A stretch of DNA of 62,165 bases from Clostridia bacterium (GTDB taxonomy: Bacteria > Bacillota > Clostridia > Christensenellales > Borkfalkiaceae), in NCBI GenBank assembly GCA_017468345.1, contig JAFUIT010000046.1, positions 1-62,165 on the forward strand. The letters are read 5' to 3'. This document shows, one piece after another, positions 18,036 through 27,567 of this stretch; position 1 is the stretch's first letter, and every line of letters starts with the position of its first letter. Both the position numbers and the translations under genes were made by a program. A model generated the notes under the pieces. It did not search any database. It saw only the letters and a list, made by a program, of their open reading frames with translations, and was not told the origin of the DNA.

Positions 18036-18776
18036 TCACATAGAACCTTGCAGGTTTTCTTTCAACTTTGCCAACAGTTTCCGTTCCATACGCGAAATAA
18101 ACATTTGCGACACGCCCAAACGTTTGGAAGTTTCACTCTGCGACAGTTGATCCACGTAGCGGTATTTGATCAGCGCTCTTTCCGTATCCGAAAAGTCCTT
18201 CATCGCCGCCCGCAGCGCGTCCTTTATCTCAAAACTTTCATACTGGTCCTCGCCGTCGGCAAGCAAACCGTATAACGAACGATCCTCGTTTTCCTCGTTA
18301 CCTGCCATACTGTCGAGGGAAAGAGTGCCCCCTACTTCCAACGCCTGCACAACGTCTTCTTCGGAAAGTTTCAGCGTTTCCGCAATCGTTTTCACGTTCG
18401 GTTTCACCCCATGCGTCGCCTCGTATTGCGCGGAAAAATTTTTCACGTTTGCGCTGATTTCACTCAGCCGTCTGGGAAGTTTCACCATACGGGACTTATC
18501 GCGGAAATAATTTTTGATTTCCCCCGTAATAGTCGGCGTAATAAACGTAGTAAACTGCATACCCAAATCGGGATCGAAACGGTCGATCCCGCGCAAAAGC
18601 GCAAACGCGGCGATCTGTTTCAGATCGTCGTATTCGACGCCGCGCCCCACAAATTTTTTCGCGAGGATATCGGCTATGTAGAGATATTTTTCGGCAATTT
18701 GGTTGCGAATTGCAATATCGCCGCTCTCCTTGTACTGCCTAAACAGTTCGTTTACCTTCTCGTCCGCCATGATCAA
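18036..18776 (-). CDS. RNA polymerase sigma factor, SigB/F/G subfamily (closest by eye to SigB)
   Basis: Region 2: DDLKQIAAFALLRGIDRFD and TGEIKNYFRDKSRMVKLPRRL. Region 4: LSQSETSKRLGVSQMFISRMERK. Confidence 0.88.
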   Translation of the reverse strand: MIMADEKVNELFRQYKESGDIAIRNQIAEKYLYIADILAKKFVGRGVEYDDLKQIAAFALLRGIDRFDPDLGMQFTTFITPTITGEIKNYFRDKSRMVKLPRRLSEISANVKNFSAQYEATHGVKPNVKTIAETLKLSEEDVVQALEVGGTLSLDSMAGNEENEDRSLYGLLADGEDQYESFEIKDALRAAMKDFSDTERALIKYRYVDQLSQSETSKRLGVSQMFISRMERKLLAKLKENLQGSM

Positions 18777-19129
18777 CCTTCAAAACGTATACCGCAAACC
18801 TCGCCGTTTTCATCCATATCCCAATCCACTTCGCCAAGCAATGCCGAAAGCAACGCGCGCGAAATTTCATCCTCGGGAGAATTTTCCTTCTCACCGCCGC
18901 GATCTTTTCCCGTTACGTGGCAACCAAGCGCCTCGCCTACGGTATATTCGATATGAGCAGTCGTATAGCCGTTTCTCTTTAAAAGGAGCAAACTTTCGGT
19001 GACGCAAACCTTAAAATCTTCGGCAAAATCCACGTCAAAACCGACAAGCGAACAAAGCCCGCCCGTCGTTAAACGTACCGTCGTCAGATATTCCCCCGTC
19101 AAGGGCAACGTTACAGAAAATTTTTCCAT
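18773..19129 (-). CDS. degenerate RsbW/SpoIIAB-like anti-sigma factor homologue, 118 aa
   Basis: The N-terminal half aligns by eye with RsbW/SpoIIAB. The N-box position reads TESLLLLKRNGY and there is no G2 lid. ATGA overlap with the sigma gene. Confidence 0.6.
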   Translation of the reverse strand: MEKFSVTLPLTGEYLTTVRLTTGGLCSLVGFDVDFAEDFKVCVTESLLLLKRNGYTTAHIEYTVGEALGCHVTGKDRGGEKENSPEDEISRALLSALLGEVDWDMDENGEVCGIRFEG

Positions 19130-19130
19130 C

Positions 19131-19439
19131 TTACGCGATCTCCATGATTTTATCCAGCGAACAAATCAAAAACAATTTCTTGATTTTCGGTTGCAAATTG
19201 ACAAGGCGCACCGTATGCCCGTTCGTTTTAACGTTTTTCAAAATTTTCACAAACGTACCAAGCGTCGTGCTGTCGATAAAATTCAGCGCAGTGCAATCGA
19301 ACGTGATATCCGCAGGCGTTGCCGCATACGCAGATACCGTTTCCGCGTAAAAATTATCCGCATTACCCAAATCAATATCGCCCGAAAGCGCGATCTTCAA
19401 TACGCCTTCCTCTACGCCGATAATTTTTAATTCTTCCAT
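19131..19439 (-). CDS. STAS-domain anti-sigma-factor antagonist (RsbV/SpoIIAA-like)
   Basis: Contains LNFIDSTTLG, the conserved phosphorylatable Ser context. Start at MEELKI, which follows GAGGAGG. The track ORF start at 19454 is a TTG. Confidence 0.85.
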   Translation of the reverse strand: MEELKIIGVEEGVLKIALSGDIDLGNADNFYAETVSAYAATPADITFDCTALNFIDSTTLGTFVKILKNVKTNGHTVRLVNLQPKIKKLFLICSLDKIMEIA

Positions 19440-19521
19440 GAGTTTCCTCCTCAAAAGAAAATACTTCTATATATTTTATACCGCAAACACGTCTCTTTTT
19501 AAACGGCTTGCGGTATTTTCT

Positions 19522-20466
19522 TTACAAAACAATGGGAAATAGATTCAATAAAATACCCACGACAACCGCAACGGCGTAGGATGCGCCGATCAAAATCAAG
19601 TTGCGCTTCCACTGCCGTACGTTTTTCAGTAAAACGACAAAGCCCATACCCGCGTTCGCACACAGTCCCGCCGCGCACGATCCGAAAGTAATACCGCCCG
19701 ACAAAAACGTTTCGGTAATGACGACGCTGGACGCGCAGTTGGGAATCAACCCGATCGCGCAAGTCAAAAACGGTTGCGCAAAACGATTGCGGTGCATAAA
19801 ATCCACAAATGCTTGCTCTCCCACCGAATGCACAATCGCCGTTAAAATGAAATTCACGAGGAAAATGAACAGCGCCACTTTTAACGTATGCCAAAGCGGA
19901 TACAGCAGGTACTTTTTCCAAACGGAATCCGACTCATGCGAGCGTCCGCAGGAACATTTCACGTCCACGTCCTTGTCTTCGAGATATTGCCGAATGAAAA
20001 TTTCGTGCGTAGTTTTCGGCGTTTCTTCATACGCAGAAGGCATTTCAACGCATACCTGTCCACGCCCTATCGCTTTCATGATAAAGTCCGCCGCATAGCC
20101 TACCGCAATGCCGACAAGCACTTTTACCCCCAGCATGGGCAATACCCAAACCGCCCCTTCTCCGGAAGATAACATGATGATAAACGCTTCGTCGCTGGTC
20201 GCCATAAAAATAGCAAGCAACGTCCCGACCGTAATATATTTTTGTTCAAACAGTTTTGCCGCCATCACGGAAAAACCGCATTGCGGAATCAACCCCGTCG
20301 CCGAACCGATCACGGGACCAAGTTTCGTCCCAAATCGGTTAATCCGACGCAAATCCGCCTTGCTTTCCAACAATTCAATCAAAATATAGATCAGCAATAT
20401 CCACGGCAAAAGCGGAAGTGTATCCTCTACGGCGTGCAAGAAAAATTCAAGAAAGTGCTCAAACAT
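19522..20466 (-). CDS. ArsP_2-type permease ('putative manganese transporter' family)
   Basis: GLIPQCGFSVMAAKLF...ATSDEAFIIM in the first half, repeated as GLIPNCASSVV in the second half. Confidence 0.7.
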   Translation of the reverse strand: MFEHFLEFFLHAVEDTLPLLPWILLIYILIELLESKADLRRINRFGTKLGPVIGSATGLIPQCGFSVMAAKLFEQKYITVGTLLAIFMATSDEAFIIMLSSGEGAVWVLPMLGVKVLVGIAVGYAADFIMKAIGRGQVCVEMPSAYEETPKTTHEIFIRQYLEDKDVDVKCSCGRSHESDSVWKKYLLYPLWHTLKVALFIFLVNFILTAIVHSVGEQAFVDFMHRNRFAQPFLTCAIGLIPNCASSVVITETFLSGGITFGSCAAGLCANAGMGFVVLLKNVRQWKRNLILIGASYAVAVVVGILLNLFPIVL

Positions 20467-21547
20467 CTTCGCACCTCTTATTGCGGCTTTGTACCGTTTC
20501 CAAAGTCGCCGCCAAAGGAATGGACGCCTTCGCCGTCAAATCCATCTTCGCAAAATTACCCAAGCGGAACTGCACCAAGCCCTCGGACGCGATCATCGCC
20601 GCATTGTCCGTGCAATATCGCTTTTCAGGCAACACCAAGCGCAACCCGTTTTTGTCGCAAGCCGCTTGCAAACTTCTTCTCAAATACCCGTTCGCCGCAA
20701 CGCCTCCACCTACGGTCACGGTGGTAACTCCTTTTTCTTTCGCCGCCGCCACCGTCTTTTCCACAAGCACGTCTACCGCCGCGCACTGGAAGGAACAAGC
20801 CACGTCCGCTTTGGAATAGCTTTCCCCTTTTTGGTCTTTGGTATGGCAATAATTGATAACCGCCGTCTTTAAACCGCTGTAAGAAAAGTTATATCCGCCG
20901 CCGCCCTTTAACATTTTAGGCATGGGCACGTTCGGAGAGCCCTCCTCCGCACAACGTTCGATATGCGGTCCGCCGGGATATTTCAACCCCAACACCCTTG
21001 CAACTTTATCGAAAGCCTCTCCCGCCGCATCGTCTAACGTCGCGCCGAGAATTTCAAATTCCGCCTCCGATCTCGCGTATAAAATGGCGGTATGCCCACC
21101 GCTTGCAAGCAAAGTCACGAAAGGCGGTTTTAAATCGGGACAGTCCAAATACGCCGCGGCAAGGTGGCCGCGGATATGATTGACGGCGATCAACGGTTTT
21201 CCAAGCGCAAAGGCAAACGCCTTCGCAAAAGACACGCCGACAAGCAACGCGCCCAAAAGCCCTGCGCCGTACGTTACCGCCACCGCGTCGATATCTTGAT
21301 AAGTGATGCCCGCATTTTTTACGGCGCGTTCAACGACGCGCGCAATTTCATCCGTATGCGCACGGGAAGCAATTTCAGGCACTACGCCGCCGAACTCCGC
21401 CTGCACAGTCGCAGACGACGCGATTTCATCGGACAAGATCCTCCTCCCCTTGATCACCGCCGCCGCGGTTTCGTCGCAGGAGGATTCGATACCGAGAATA
21501 ATCGGCTCCGCCTTATTGATATCCGTTTTTTCAAAAGGTTGGTACAT
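20459..21547 (-). CDS. tsaD: tRNA N6-adenosine threonylcarbamoyltransferase
   Basis: ILGIESSCDETAAAV plus HIRGHL and GGGVAAN motifs. Confidence 0.93.
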   Translation of the reverse strand: MYQPFEKTDINKAEPIILGIESSCDETAAAVIKGRRILSDEIASSATVQAEFGGVVPEIASRAHTDEIARVVERAVKNAGITYQDIDAVAVTYGAGLLGALLVGVSFAKAFAFALGKPLIAVNHIRGHLAAAYLDCPDLKPPFVTLLASGGHTAILYARSEAEFEILGATLDDAAGEAFDKVARVLGLKYPGGPHIERCAEEGSPNVPMPKMLKGGGGYNFSYSGLKTAVINYCHTKDQKGESYSKADVACSFQCAAVDVLVEKTVAAAKEKGVTTVTVGGGVAANGYLRRSLQAACDKNGLRLVLPEKRYCTDNAAMIASEGLVQFRLGNFAKMDLTAKASIPLAATLETVQSRNKRCEDV

Positions 21548-21577
21548 GGATACCTCCTTTCCCCTACTGATCCATTT

Positions 21578-21602
21578 TAAAACAAGGGCGGATGTCCGCC
21601 CC
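21578..21602 (-). terminator. intrinsic terminator after prfB
   Basis: GGGCGG-loop-CCGCCC followed by UUGUUUU on the minus strand. Confidence 0.6.
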
Positions 21603-21607
21603 TGCCT

Positions 21608-22705
21608 TTACGCTTTTTTCAAATAATCGATAACAAAACCGTGGATTTCCCCGTCCATAACCGCTTGGATATCCCCTTTTTCGTAACCGGTACGGTGATC
21701 CTTCGCCAAAGTATACGGGCAGAATACGTACGAACGGATCTGCGCGCCCCATTCGATCTTCTTCACGTCGCCTTTCATAGCCGCCGCTTCCGCCTGACGC
21801 TGTTCGATCTTCTTTTCTAACAACTTCGAGCGTAACATATTAAAGCACATCGCCTTATTTTGCAACTGCGAACGCTCGTTTTGGCACTGTACAACGATCC
21901 CCGTCGGGAAGTGCGTGATACGCACTGCCGAGGCAACCTTATTGACGTTTTGACCGCCTGCGCCGCCCGAATGGTAAATATCGATACGAATATCGTCGTC
22001 GTTGATTTCCACTTCGTTGTCGTCCTCAACTTCGGGCATAACTTCCAACGAGCAGAAGGAAGTTTGACGGCGTTTGTTTGCGTCGAACGGCGAAATACGC
22101 ACCAAACGGTGCACGCCCATTTCCGCCTTCAAATAACCGTACGCGTTTTCCCCTTCCACGCGGAAGTCCACGCTCTTAAATCCTGCCCCGTCGCCTGCTT
22201 CACGGTCGAGTTCATACACCTTGAACCCCATTTTTTCGCAGTAACGGCAATACATACGGTAGAGCATCTGACACCAGTCGCAAGCCTCCGTACCGCCTGC
22301 GCCTGCGTGCAAAGTAAGCATTGCGTTATGGTTGTCGTACGGACCTTTGAGGATCGCGCGGATACGCATATCTTCAATGTCTTTTTCCGCCGTCGCCAAC
22401 ATTTCGTCGAGTTCGGCAATCAAACTTTCGTCCTCCGTCTCCTCGATCAAATCGATGACGTCTTCGGCGTCCGAAAGTGCGGTCGCGCCCTTTTCGTATG
22501 CGGTAATTTTATTGCGGATTGCGGAAATTTCACGGCCGATTTTGGTGGATTTTTCCAAATCCTGCCAAACGTCGGGGTTTTCCTGCTCTTTTTCAAGTTC
22601 CGCAAGACGGGGACGCAGGTGTTCGATATCCAAGGCGTATTCCGCCTCTTTCAACACCTCGCGCATGCCCTGAATTTTTAATCTGTAATCGTCAGCTTTG
22701 AACAT
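21608..22705 (-). CDS. prfB: peptide chain release factor 2, single uninterrupted frame
   Basis: SPF tripeptide (RISPFDANKRRQTSF) and GGQ (SGGAGGQNVNKV). 365 aa from a single ATG, with no in-frame UGA. Confidence 0.93.
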   Translation of the reverse strand: MFKADDYRLKIQGMREVLKEAEYALDIEHLRPRLAELEKEQENPDVWQDLEKSTKIGREISAIRNKITAYEKGATALSDAEDVIDLIEETEDESLIAELDEMLATAEKDIEDMRIRAILKGPYDNHNAMLTLHAGAGGTEACDWCQMLYRMYCRYCEKMGFKVYELDREAGDGAGFKSVDFRVEGENAYGYLKAEMGVHRLVRISPFDANKRRQTSFCSLEVMPEVEDDNEVEINDDDIRIDIYHSGGAGGQNVNKVASAVRITHFPTGIVVQCQNERSQLQNKAMCFNMLRSKLLEKKIEQRQAEAAAMKGDVKKIEWGAQIRSYVFCPYTLAKDHRTGYEKGDIQAVMDGEIHGFVIDYLKKA

Positions 22706-22717
22706 ATAAATCCTTTC

Positions 22718-25700
22718 TTATTTGTTTTCTTTTTTCTCCTCGACGGGTGCATTGTTGGCAGGTTTGTTTGCCGCCTGCGCCGCTTGTGCTGCCTGTGCCG
22801 CCGCCATCGCCGCCTTAAACGACGACATATTGGTGATTGGCTCGGGCATTTGACGGCGGAAAGGACGGGGAGCTGCAGGTCTTGCAGGCTGCGCGTTCGC
22901 ATTGTTCGCCGCGGACACGGGTGCTCCGTTTACCGTAGGAGCAGGCATAGGACGGGTTTCGATCTTCACCTTTAACAAAGTGCTGATCGTCGTGCGCTGA
23001 ATGCGTGCGATCATTTCGTCGAACATATCAAACCCTTCTTTCTTGTAGGAAATAATCGGGTCGACTTGACCGTAAGCACGCAACGAAATCCCCTTTCTCA
23101 ACTGATCCATCGCGTCGATATGGTCGATCCAATTTCTGTCAACCGTCATCAAAAGGACGCGGCGTTCGATCGCGCCGAAGTCAACGCCGATTTCCTTCAA
23201 ATCGGCAATTTTCTTTTCATATTCCTTGGTGACTTTGTTCGAAATCTTCTTCAAAGCCAACTCGTAATCCCACTTCATCAAGCGTTCGCGCGTGACGTAA
23301 TTCGTCCCTTCGGGCAACACTTTTGCCTCCAAAGCTTGGTTGAGTTCTTCCTCGTTCCAAAGCTCGGGCATATCTTCGACGTTGACCGCCGCCGACAGCG
23401 TTTCCGCAACGTAATCGGGGATATATTTCAGCACTTGTTCGTGCACGTCCGCACCGCGGAGCACGTTCATACGTTCTTCGTACATAACCAAACGCTGTTT
23501 GTTCATGACGTCGTCGTACTGCAATACGTTTTTACGGATACCGAAGTTTCTGCCTTCGATGTTCTTTTGCGCGTTTTCAATACCGCGGGAAAGCATCTTC
23601 GATTGCAAACTGGTATCCTCGTCGATACCGAAGAAGTTATACAGCGCTTTCATTCTTTCGCCGCCGAAACGGAGTACCAGTTCATCTTCCAACGAAAGGA
23701 AGAAGATGGACAAACCGATGTCCCCCTGACGACCTGCACGGCCGCGGAGCTGGTTGTCGATACGGCGGGATTCGTGACGTTTGGTACCGATGATGCAAAG
23801 ACCGCCCACTTCGATAACTTTTTCCTTTTCCGCATCCGTTTCTTTCTTGTAATATTCGTAAACCTTTTTATATCTTTCGCGCAGGGCAAGAATTTCATCG
23901 CTGACTTCAGTGATATACATACTGATTGCCAACTCGATATCGTCCTTATCCGCCCCTTCTTCGCGAAGACGCTTTTTCGCAAGATATTCCGCGTTACCGC
24001 CAAGCAAAATGTCCGTACCGCGCCCTGCCATGTTGGTGGAAATAGTCACCGCGCCAAAGCGCCCTGCCTGCGCGACGATCTCCGCTTCGCGTTCATGGTT
24101 TTTCGCGTTCAAAATGTTATGTTTGATGCCGTTTCTCTTTAACAAACGGGAAATTTCTTCCGATTTATCAACCGAAGAAGTACCGACCAAGATCGGCTGA
24201 CCGCTTTCGTGGCGTTGCATAATTTCTTCCACGATCGCGCGTTTTTTGCCGTCGACAGTCTTATAGACAACGTCGGGTAAATCCACACGCTTGATGGGAC
24301 GGTTGGTAGGAATTTCCACAACGTCCAACGAATAGATGGTTCTAAACTCCGCTTCTTCCGTCTTTGCCGTACCCGTCATACCCGACAGTTTCGAATACAA
24401 ACGGAAATAATTTTGGAAGGTAACGGTCGCATACGTCTTGTTTTCACTGCGTACTTCTACCCCTTCTTTCGCTTCGATGGCTTGGTGCAAACCGTCCGAA
24501 TAACGGCGCCCGTTCATCAAACGTCCCGTGAATTCGTCAACGATGATGACTTCCCCTTCGCTGACGATATAATCTTCGTCCAACTTAAACAGCTTATGCG
24601 CCTTCAACGCCTGCTGAATGTGATGGTTCAAATCTGCGTGCTCGATTTCCGCGATGTTGTCGATGTGGAAGAAACGTTCGGCCTTTCTTGCGCCGCTGTC
24701 CGTCAATTCCACCGTCTTGTCCTTACGGTTGATGATGTAATCCCAATCCTTTTCAGCCGCCAACGAACGCTTTCCTTCGGGCGCAGCCGCACGTGCTTGC
24801 GCACGTTTTTCTTCCAACTCCGCCTCGTAGTTTGCCTGTTCTTCCAAGGTCATCTTAGTGTAATCGACGTATTCTTCCTCATCTTCTTCCTCTACGTCTT
24901 CTACAACCTTTTTCTTGCCCTTATTCTTTTTCTTATTCTTCTTTTCCTCGCGCAACGCTTCCAAAGCCGCCGTTTCCGCGTCTTTTAATTCATCGTCGAA
25001 ACCGCCCGAAAGAGTGCGAACAAGCTTATCTACCTGCACGTACAAATCGGAGGATTTTTCCCCTTTACCGGAAATAATTAAAGGCGTTCTTGCTTCATCG
25101 ATCAAAATCGAGTCGACTTCGTCCACGATCGCAAACGTTAAATCGCGCTGTACCATGCGGGACAAATCCGTTTTGAGGTTATCACGGAGATAGTCGAAAC
25201 CGAATTCGTTATTCGTACCGTACACGATATCGCATTTATACGCTTCGCGCTTTTCATCGTCCTCCATACCGGGTACGACAACGCCGACGGTAAGGCCCAT
25301 AAATTTGTGCACTTTCCCCATCCATTCCGCGTCGCGCTTTGCAAGGTAATCGTTGACCGTAACGATGTGTACGCTCTTTCCCGACAACGCGTTCAAATAC
25401 GCGGGCAGGGTAGATACCAAGGTTTTACCTTCACCGGTACGCATTTCCGCGATACGGCCCTGGTGCAAACAGATACCGCCGATGATCTGCACGTGGAAAT
25501 GACGCATCCCCAACACACGCTTACTTGCCTCTCTCAAAGCCGCAAACGCGTCGTAAAGAATATCATCCAGCGTTTCACCCGCCTGCAGGCGATCCTTCAA
25601 AATTTGAGTTTGCGCTTTCAGGGTTTCGTCGTCCATCACCTCATACTTCGGTTCCAACGCCTCTACCTGATCCGCCATCTTGTTCAGCTTTGCCAAACTC

Positions 25701-25741
25701 TTTCTTCCGTCGCCACTCATTAAATATTTGATCAATCCCAT
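22718..25741 (-). CDS. secA: preprotein translocase ATPase SecA (1007 aa, with an insertion and a non-canonical tail)
   Basis: MRTGEGKTL Walker A, DEVDSILIDEARTPLIISG, TNMAGRGTDI, RHESRRIDNQLRGRAGRQGD. Confidence 0.95.
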   Translation of the reverse strand: MGLIKYLMSGDGRKSLAKLNKMADQVEALEPKYEVMDDETLKAQTQILKDRLQAGETLDDILYDAFAALREASKRVLGMRHFHVQIIGGICLHQGRIAEMRTGEGKTLVSTLPAYLNALSGKSVHIVTVNDYLAKRDAEWMGKVHKFMGLTVGVVVPGMEDDEKREAYKCDIVYGTNNEFGFDYLRDNLKTDLSRMVQRDLTFAIVDEVDSILIDEARTPLIISGKGEKSSDLYVQVDKLVRTLSGGFDDELKDAETAALEALREEKKNKKKNKGKKKVVEDVEEEDEEEYVDYTKMTLEEQANYEAELEEKRAQARAAAPEGKRSLAAEKDWDYIINRKDKTVELTDSGARKAERFFHIDNIAEIEHADLNHHIQQALKAHKLFKLDEDYIVSEGEVIIVDEFTGRLMNGRRYSDGLHQAIEAKEGVEVRSENKTYATVTFQNYFRLYSKLSGMTGTAKTEEAEFRTIYSLDVVEIPTNRPIKRVDLPDVVYKTVDGKKRAIVEEIMQRHESGQPILVGTSSVDKSEEISRLLKRNGIKHNILNAKNHEREAEIVAQAGRFGAVTISTNMAGRGTDILLGGNAEYLAKKRLREEGADKDDIELAISMYITEVSDEILALRERYKKVYEYYKKETDAEKEKVIEVGGLCIIGTKRHESRRIDNQLRGRAGRQGDIGLSIFFLSLEDELVLRFGGERMKALYNFFGIDEDTSLQSKMLSRGIENAQKNIEGRNFGIRKNVLQYDDVMNKQRLVMYEERMNVLRGADVHEQVLKYIPDYVAETLSAAVNVEDMPELWNEEELNQALEAKVLPEGTNYVTRERLMKWDYELALKKISNKVTKEYEKKIADLKEIGVDFGAIERRVLLMTVDRNWIDHIDAMDQLRKGISLRAYGQVDPIISYKKEGFDMFDEMIARIQRTTISTLLKVKIETRPMPAPTVNGAPVSAANNANAQPARPAAPRPFRRQMPEPITNMSSFKAAMAAAQAAQAAQAANKPANNAPVEEKKENK

Positions 25742-25831
25742 TAGAAAAAACTCCGATAGATTTATTTTACTGATCGTCTTGCCAAGCTATGCGCCTTTTT
25801 ACAAATAGCCGCAACTCGGCATTTTACCGTC

Positions 25832-25860
25832 ATTATATATTGTACAATATTTCTCTTGAA
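25832..25860 (-). promoter_or_regulatory. candidate secA promoter
   Basis: Minus strand reads TTCAAG, 17 nt, TATAAT. Confidence 0.45.
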
Positions 25861-26036
25861 AAGCAAAGCGTTTTCAAGCCGTTTTCTCAAAAAAATATCG
25901 CAAATCCTTTCTATATATATACCCTCTTTTTGATCTATTAAGACAATTTATAAAAACCTTTTGAAAAACTTGTGCCGCGTTTTTACGCTTCGTTTCGTTT
26001 TTTCGATTTTAAAAAGGCTTATGATAGAAAAAATCG

Positions 26037-26066
26037 TTGACATTTTTATGCGGCGTATGCTATAAT
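26037..26066 (+). promoter_or_regulatory. asnA promoter
   Basis: TTGACA, 18 nt, TGC-TATAAT. Confidence 0.6.
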
Positions 26067-26109
26067 ATACCATACTATAAAAAATTCCCTTTGCGGGAGG
26101 TGAGAGAAT

Positions 26110-27117
26110 ATGAGCAAAGTGATCGTACCAAAAGATTACCGATCGGTTTTGGGTATGTACGATACCCAGACGGCAATCGGGCTTTTAAAGCGCACCTTTG
26201 AGGAGCGTTTATGCCTTGCTTTGAACCTTAAACGCGTATCTGCCCCCCTCTTTGTCGATCCCGCAACCGGTTTGAACGACGATTTAAGCGGTGTGGAACG
26301 CCCCGTGAAATTCGACCTTAAAGAAACGGGAAAGGACGCGGTCGTGGTGCATTCGCTCGCAAAATGGAAACGCATGGCTTTGGCGGCGTACGGTTTTTCG
26401 GAAGGCGAAGGCTTGTACACGGATATGAACGCCATCCGCCGCGATGAGGAAATGGACAATTTACATTCCGTCTATACCGATCAATGGGACTGGGAAAAAA
26501 TCATCACCCGCGAAACGCGCACGGTCGATTATTTGAAAAAAGTAGTCCAAGGCATCGTGGGCGCGATTTGCGACACGCTCGATTATCTCAAATGCCGCTA
26601 TCCACAGCTCAATGTCAACCTTTGCCGCACTGTCACTTTCGTGACCGCGCAGGAGCTGGAGGATTTATATCCCGATATGACGGGTAAGGAACGGGAAAAC
26701 GCCTTCTTAAAAGAACACAAAACGGCGTTCATTATGCAGATCGGGGATAAGCTGAAATCGGGCAAACCGCACGACAACCGTGCGCCCGACTACGACGACT
26801 GGTCGCTGAACGGGGATATCATGTTTTGGAACGAACTGCTGGGATGCGCGTTTGAAATTTCCTCCATGGGTATCCGCGTAGACGAAAAATCGTTGGACGA
26901 ACAGTTGAAAAAGGCAGGCGCGGACGAACGCAGAAACCTCCCCTTCCACAAAGCTCTTTTGGCAGGCGAACTCCCCCTGACTATGGGCGGCGGTATCGGA
27001 CAATCGCGGCTTTCCATGTTGCTTTTGGACAAAGCGCATATCGGCGAAGTGCAAGTTTCCCTTTGGGACGAAGAAACGAGAAAAATTTGCAAAGAAAACG
27101 GCATCGTATTGCTGTAA
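26110..27117 (+). CDS. asnA: aspartate--ammonia ligase (asparagine synthetase A)
   Basis: 335 aa; AsnA-type N-terminus and SSMGIRVD / GGGIGQSRL motifs. Confidence 0.9.
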   Translation: MSKVIVPKDYRSVLGMYDTQTAIGLLKRTFEERLCLALNLKRVSAPLFVDPATGLNDDLSGVERPVKFDLKETGKDAVVVHSLAKWKRMALAAYGFSEGEGLYTDMNAIRRDEEMDNLHSVYTDQWDWEKIITRETRTVDYLKKVVQGIVGAICDTLDYLKCRYPQLNVNLCRTVTFVTAQELEDLYPDMTGKERENAFLKEHKTAFIMQIGDKLKSGKPHDNRAPDYDDWSLNGDIMFWNELLGCAFEISSMGIRVDEKSLDEQLKKAGADERRNLPFHKALLAGELPLTMGGGIGQSRLSMLLLDKAHIGEVQVSLWDEETRKICKENGIVLL

Positions 27118-27123
27118 TATGGT

Positions 27124-27156
27124 AAAAAATCCTTCCTCATCGGAAGGATTTTTTAT
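27124..27156 (+). terminator. asnA terminator
   Basis: AATCCTTCC-loop-GGAAGGATT followed by TTTTAT. Confidence 0.8.
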
Positions 27157-27186
27157 ATTGTCAAAATACATTATTCCCTCATTCAA

Positions 27187-27471
27187 TCATTTTGATCGCG
27201 TACCCGCTACCTCCAAACCAAGCAAAACCCCAAAACAAAATCCCTCATAGTAGTGGTCATCCACCGCTGCCGCCTCCGTCCCCATTGTCACCCATGAAAG
27301 TTTTTCAATCAACTCCAACGTTTCCGCATTATCCTTTAACCGTTCCTTTATTTTATCTTCGATTTCCACACACTCATGCAAACGCTCGTTATACGTTTCA
27401 CTGGGTTCTATATTCTCACAGCACCCTCTTTTCCCTCTAAACATTTCCATAATCGCCGAATAGTTCTCCAT
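27187..27471 (-). CDS. small hypothetical protein (resembles DUF6809-like Firmicutes proteins)
   Basis: 94 aa from MENYSAIMEMF, which follows GGAGGG. Helical, with a C-terminal YYEGFCFGVLLGLEV motif. The family assignment is from memory only. Confidence 0.5.
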   Translation of the reverse strand: MENYSAIMEMFRGKRGCCENIEPSETYNERLHECVEIEDKIKERLKDNAETLELIEKLSWVTMGTEAAAVDDHYYEGFCFGVLLGLEVAGTRSK

Positions 27472-27567
27472 AGTCGCACCCTCCACTTGATAACATTTGT
27501 TTTTGCAAAGCATTTTTATAACTTTTGTGATAAAATGTAATTGTAAAATGCAAAATGAGGAAACCTT

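Noticed and set aside
19455-19521. Hairpin ATACCGCAA...TTGCGGTAT as a terminator between ArsP_2 and the sigma operon
   Set aside because: On the transcribed (minus) strand it is not followed by a U-run, and the T-rich side faces a strand with no upstream gene. I could not assign a function with confidence.
21608-22705. Programmed +1 frameshift site in prfB
   Set aside because: I looked for the usual in-frame UGA after ~25 codons (CUU UGA C context). The gene is a single uninterrupted 365-codon frame from its ATG, so the autoregulatory frameshift is absent. That is a known minority state, not a sequencing problem or pseudogene.
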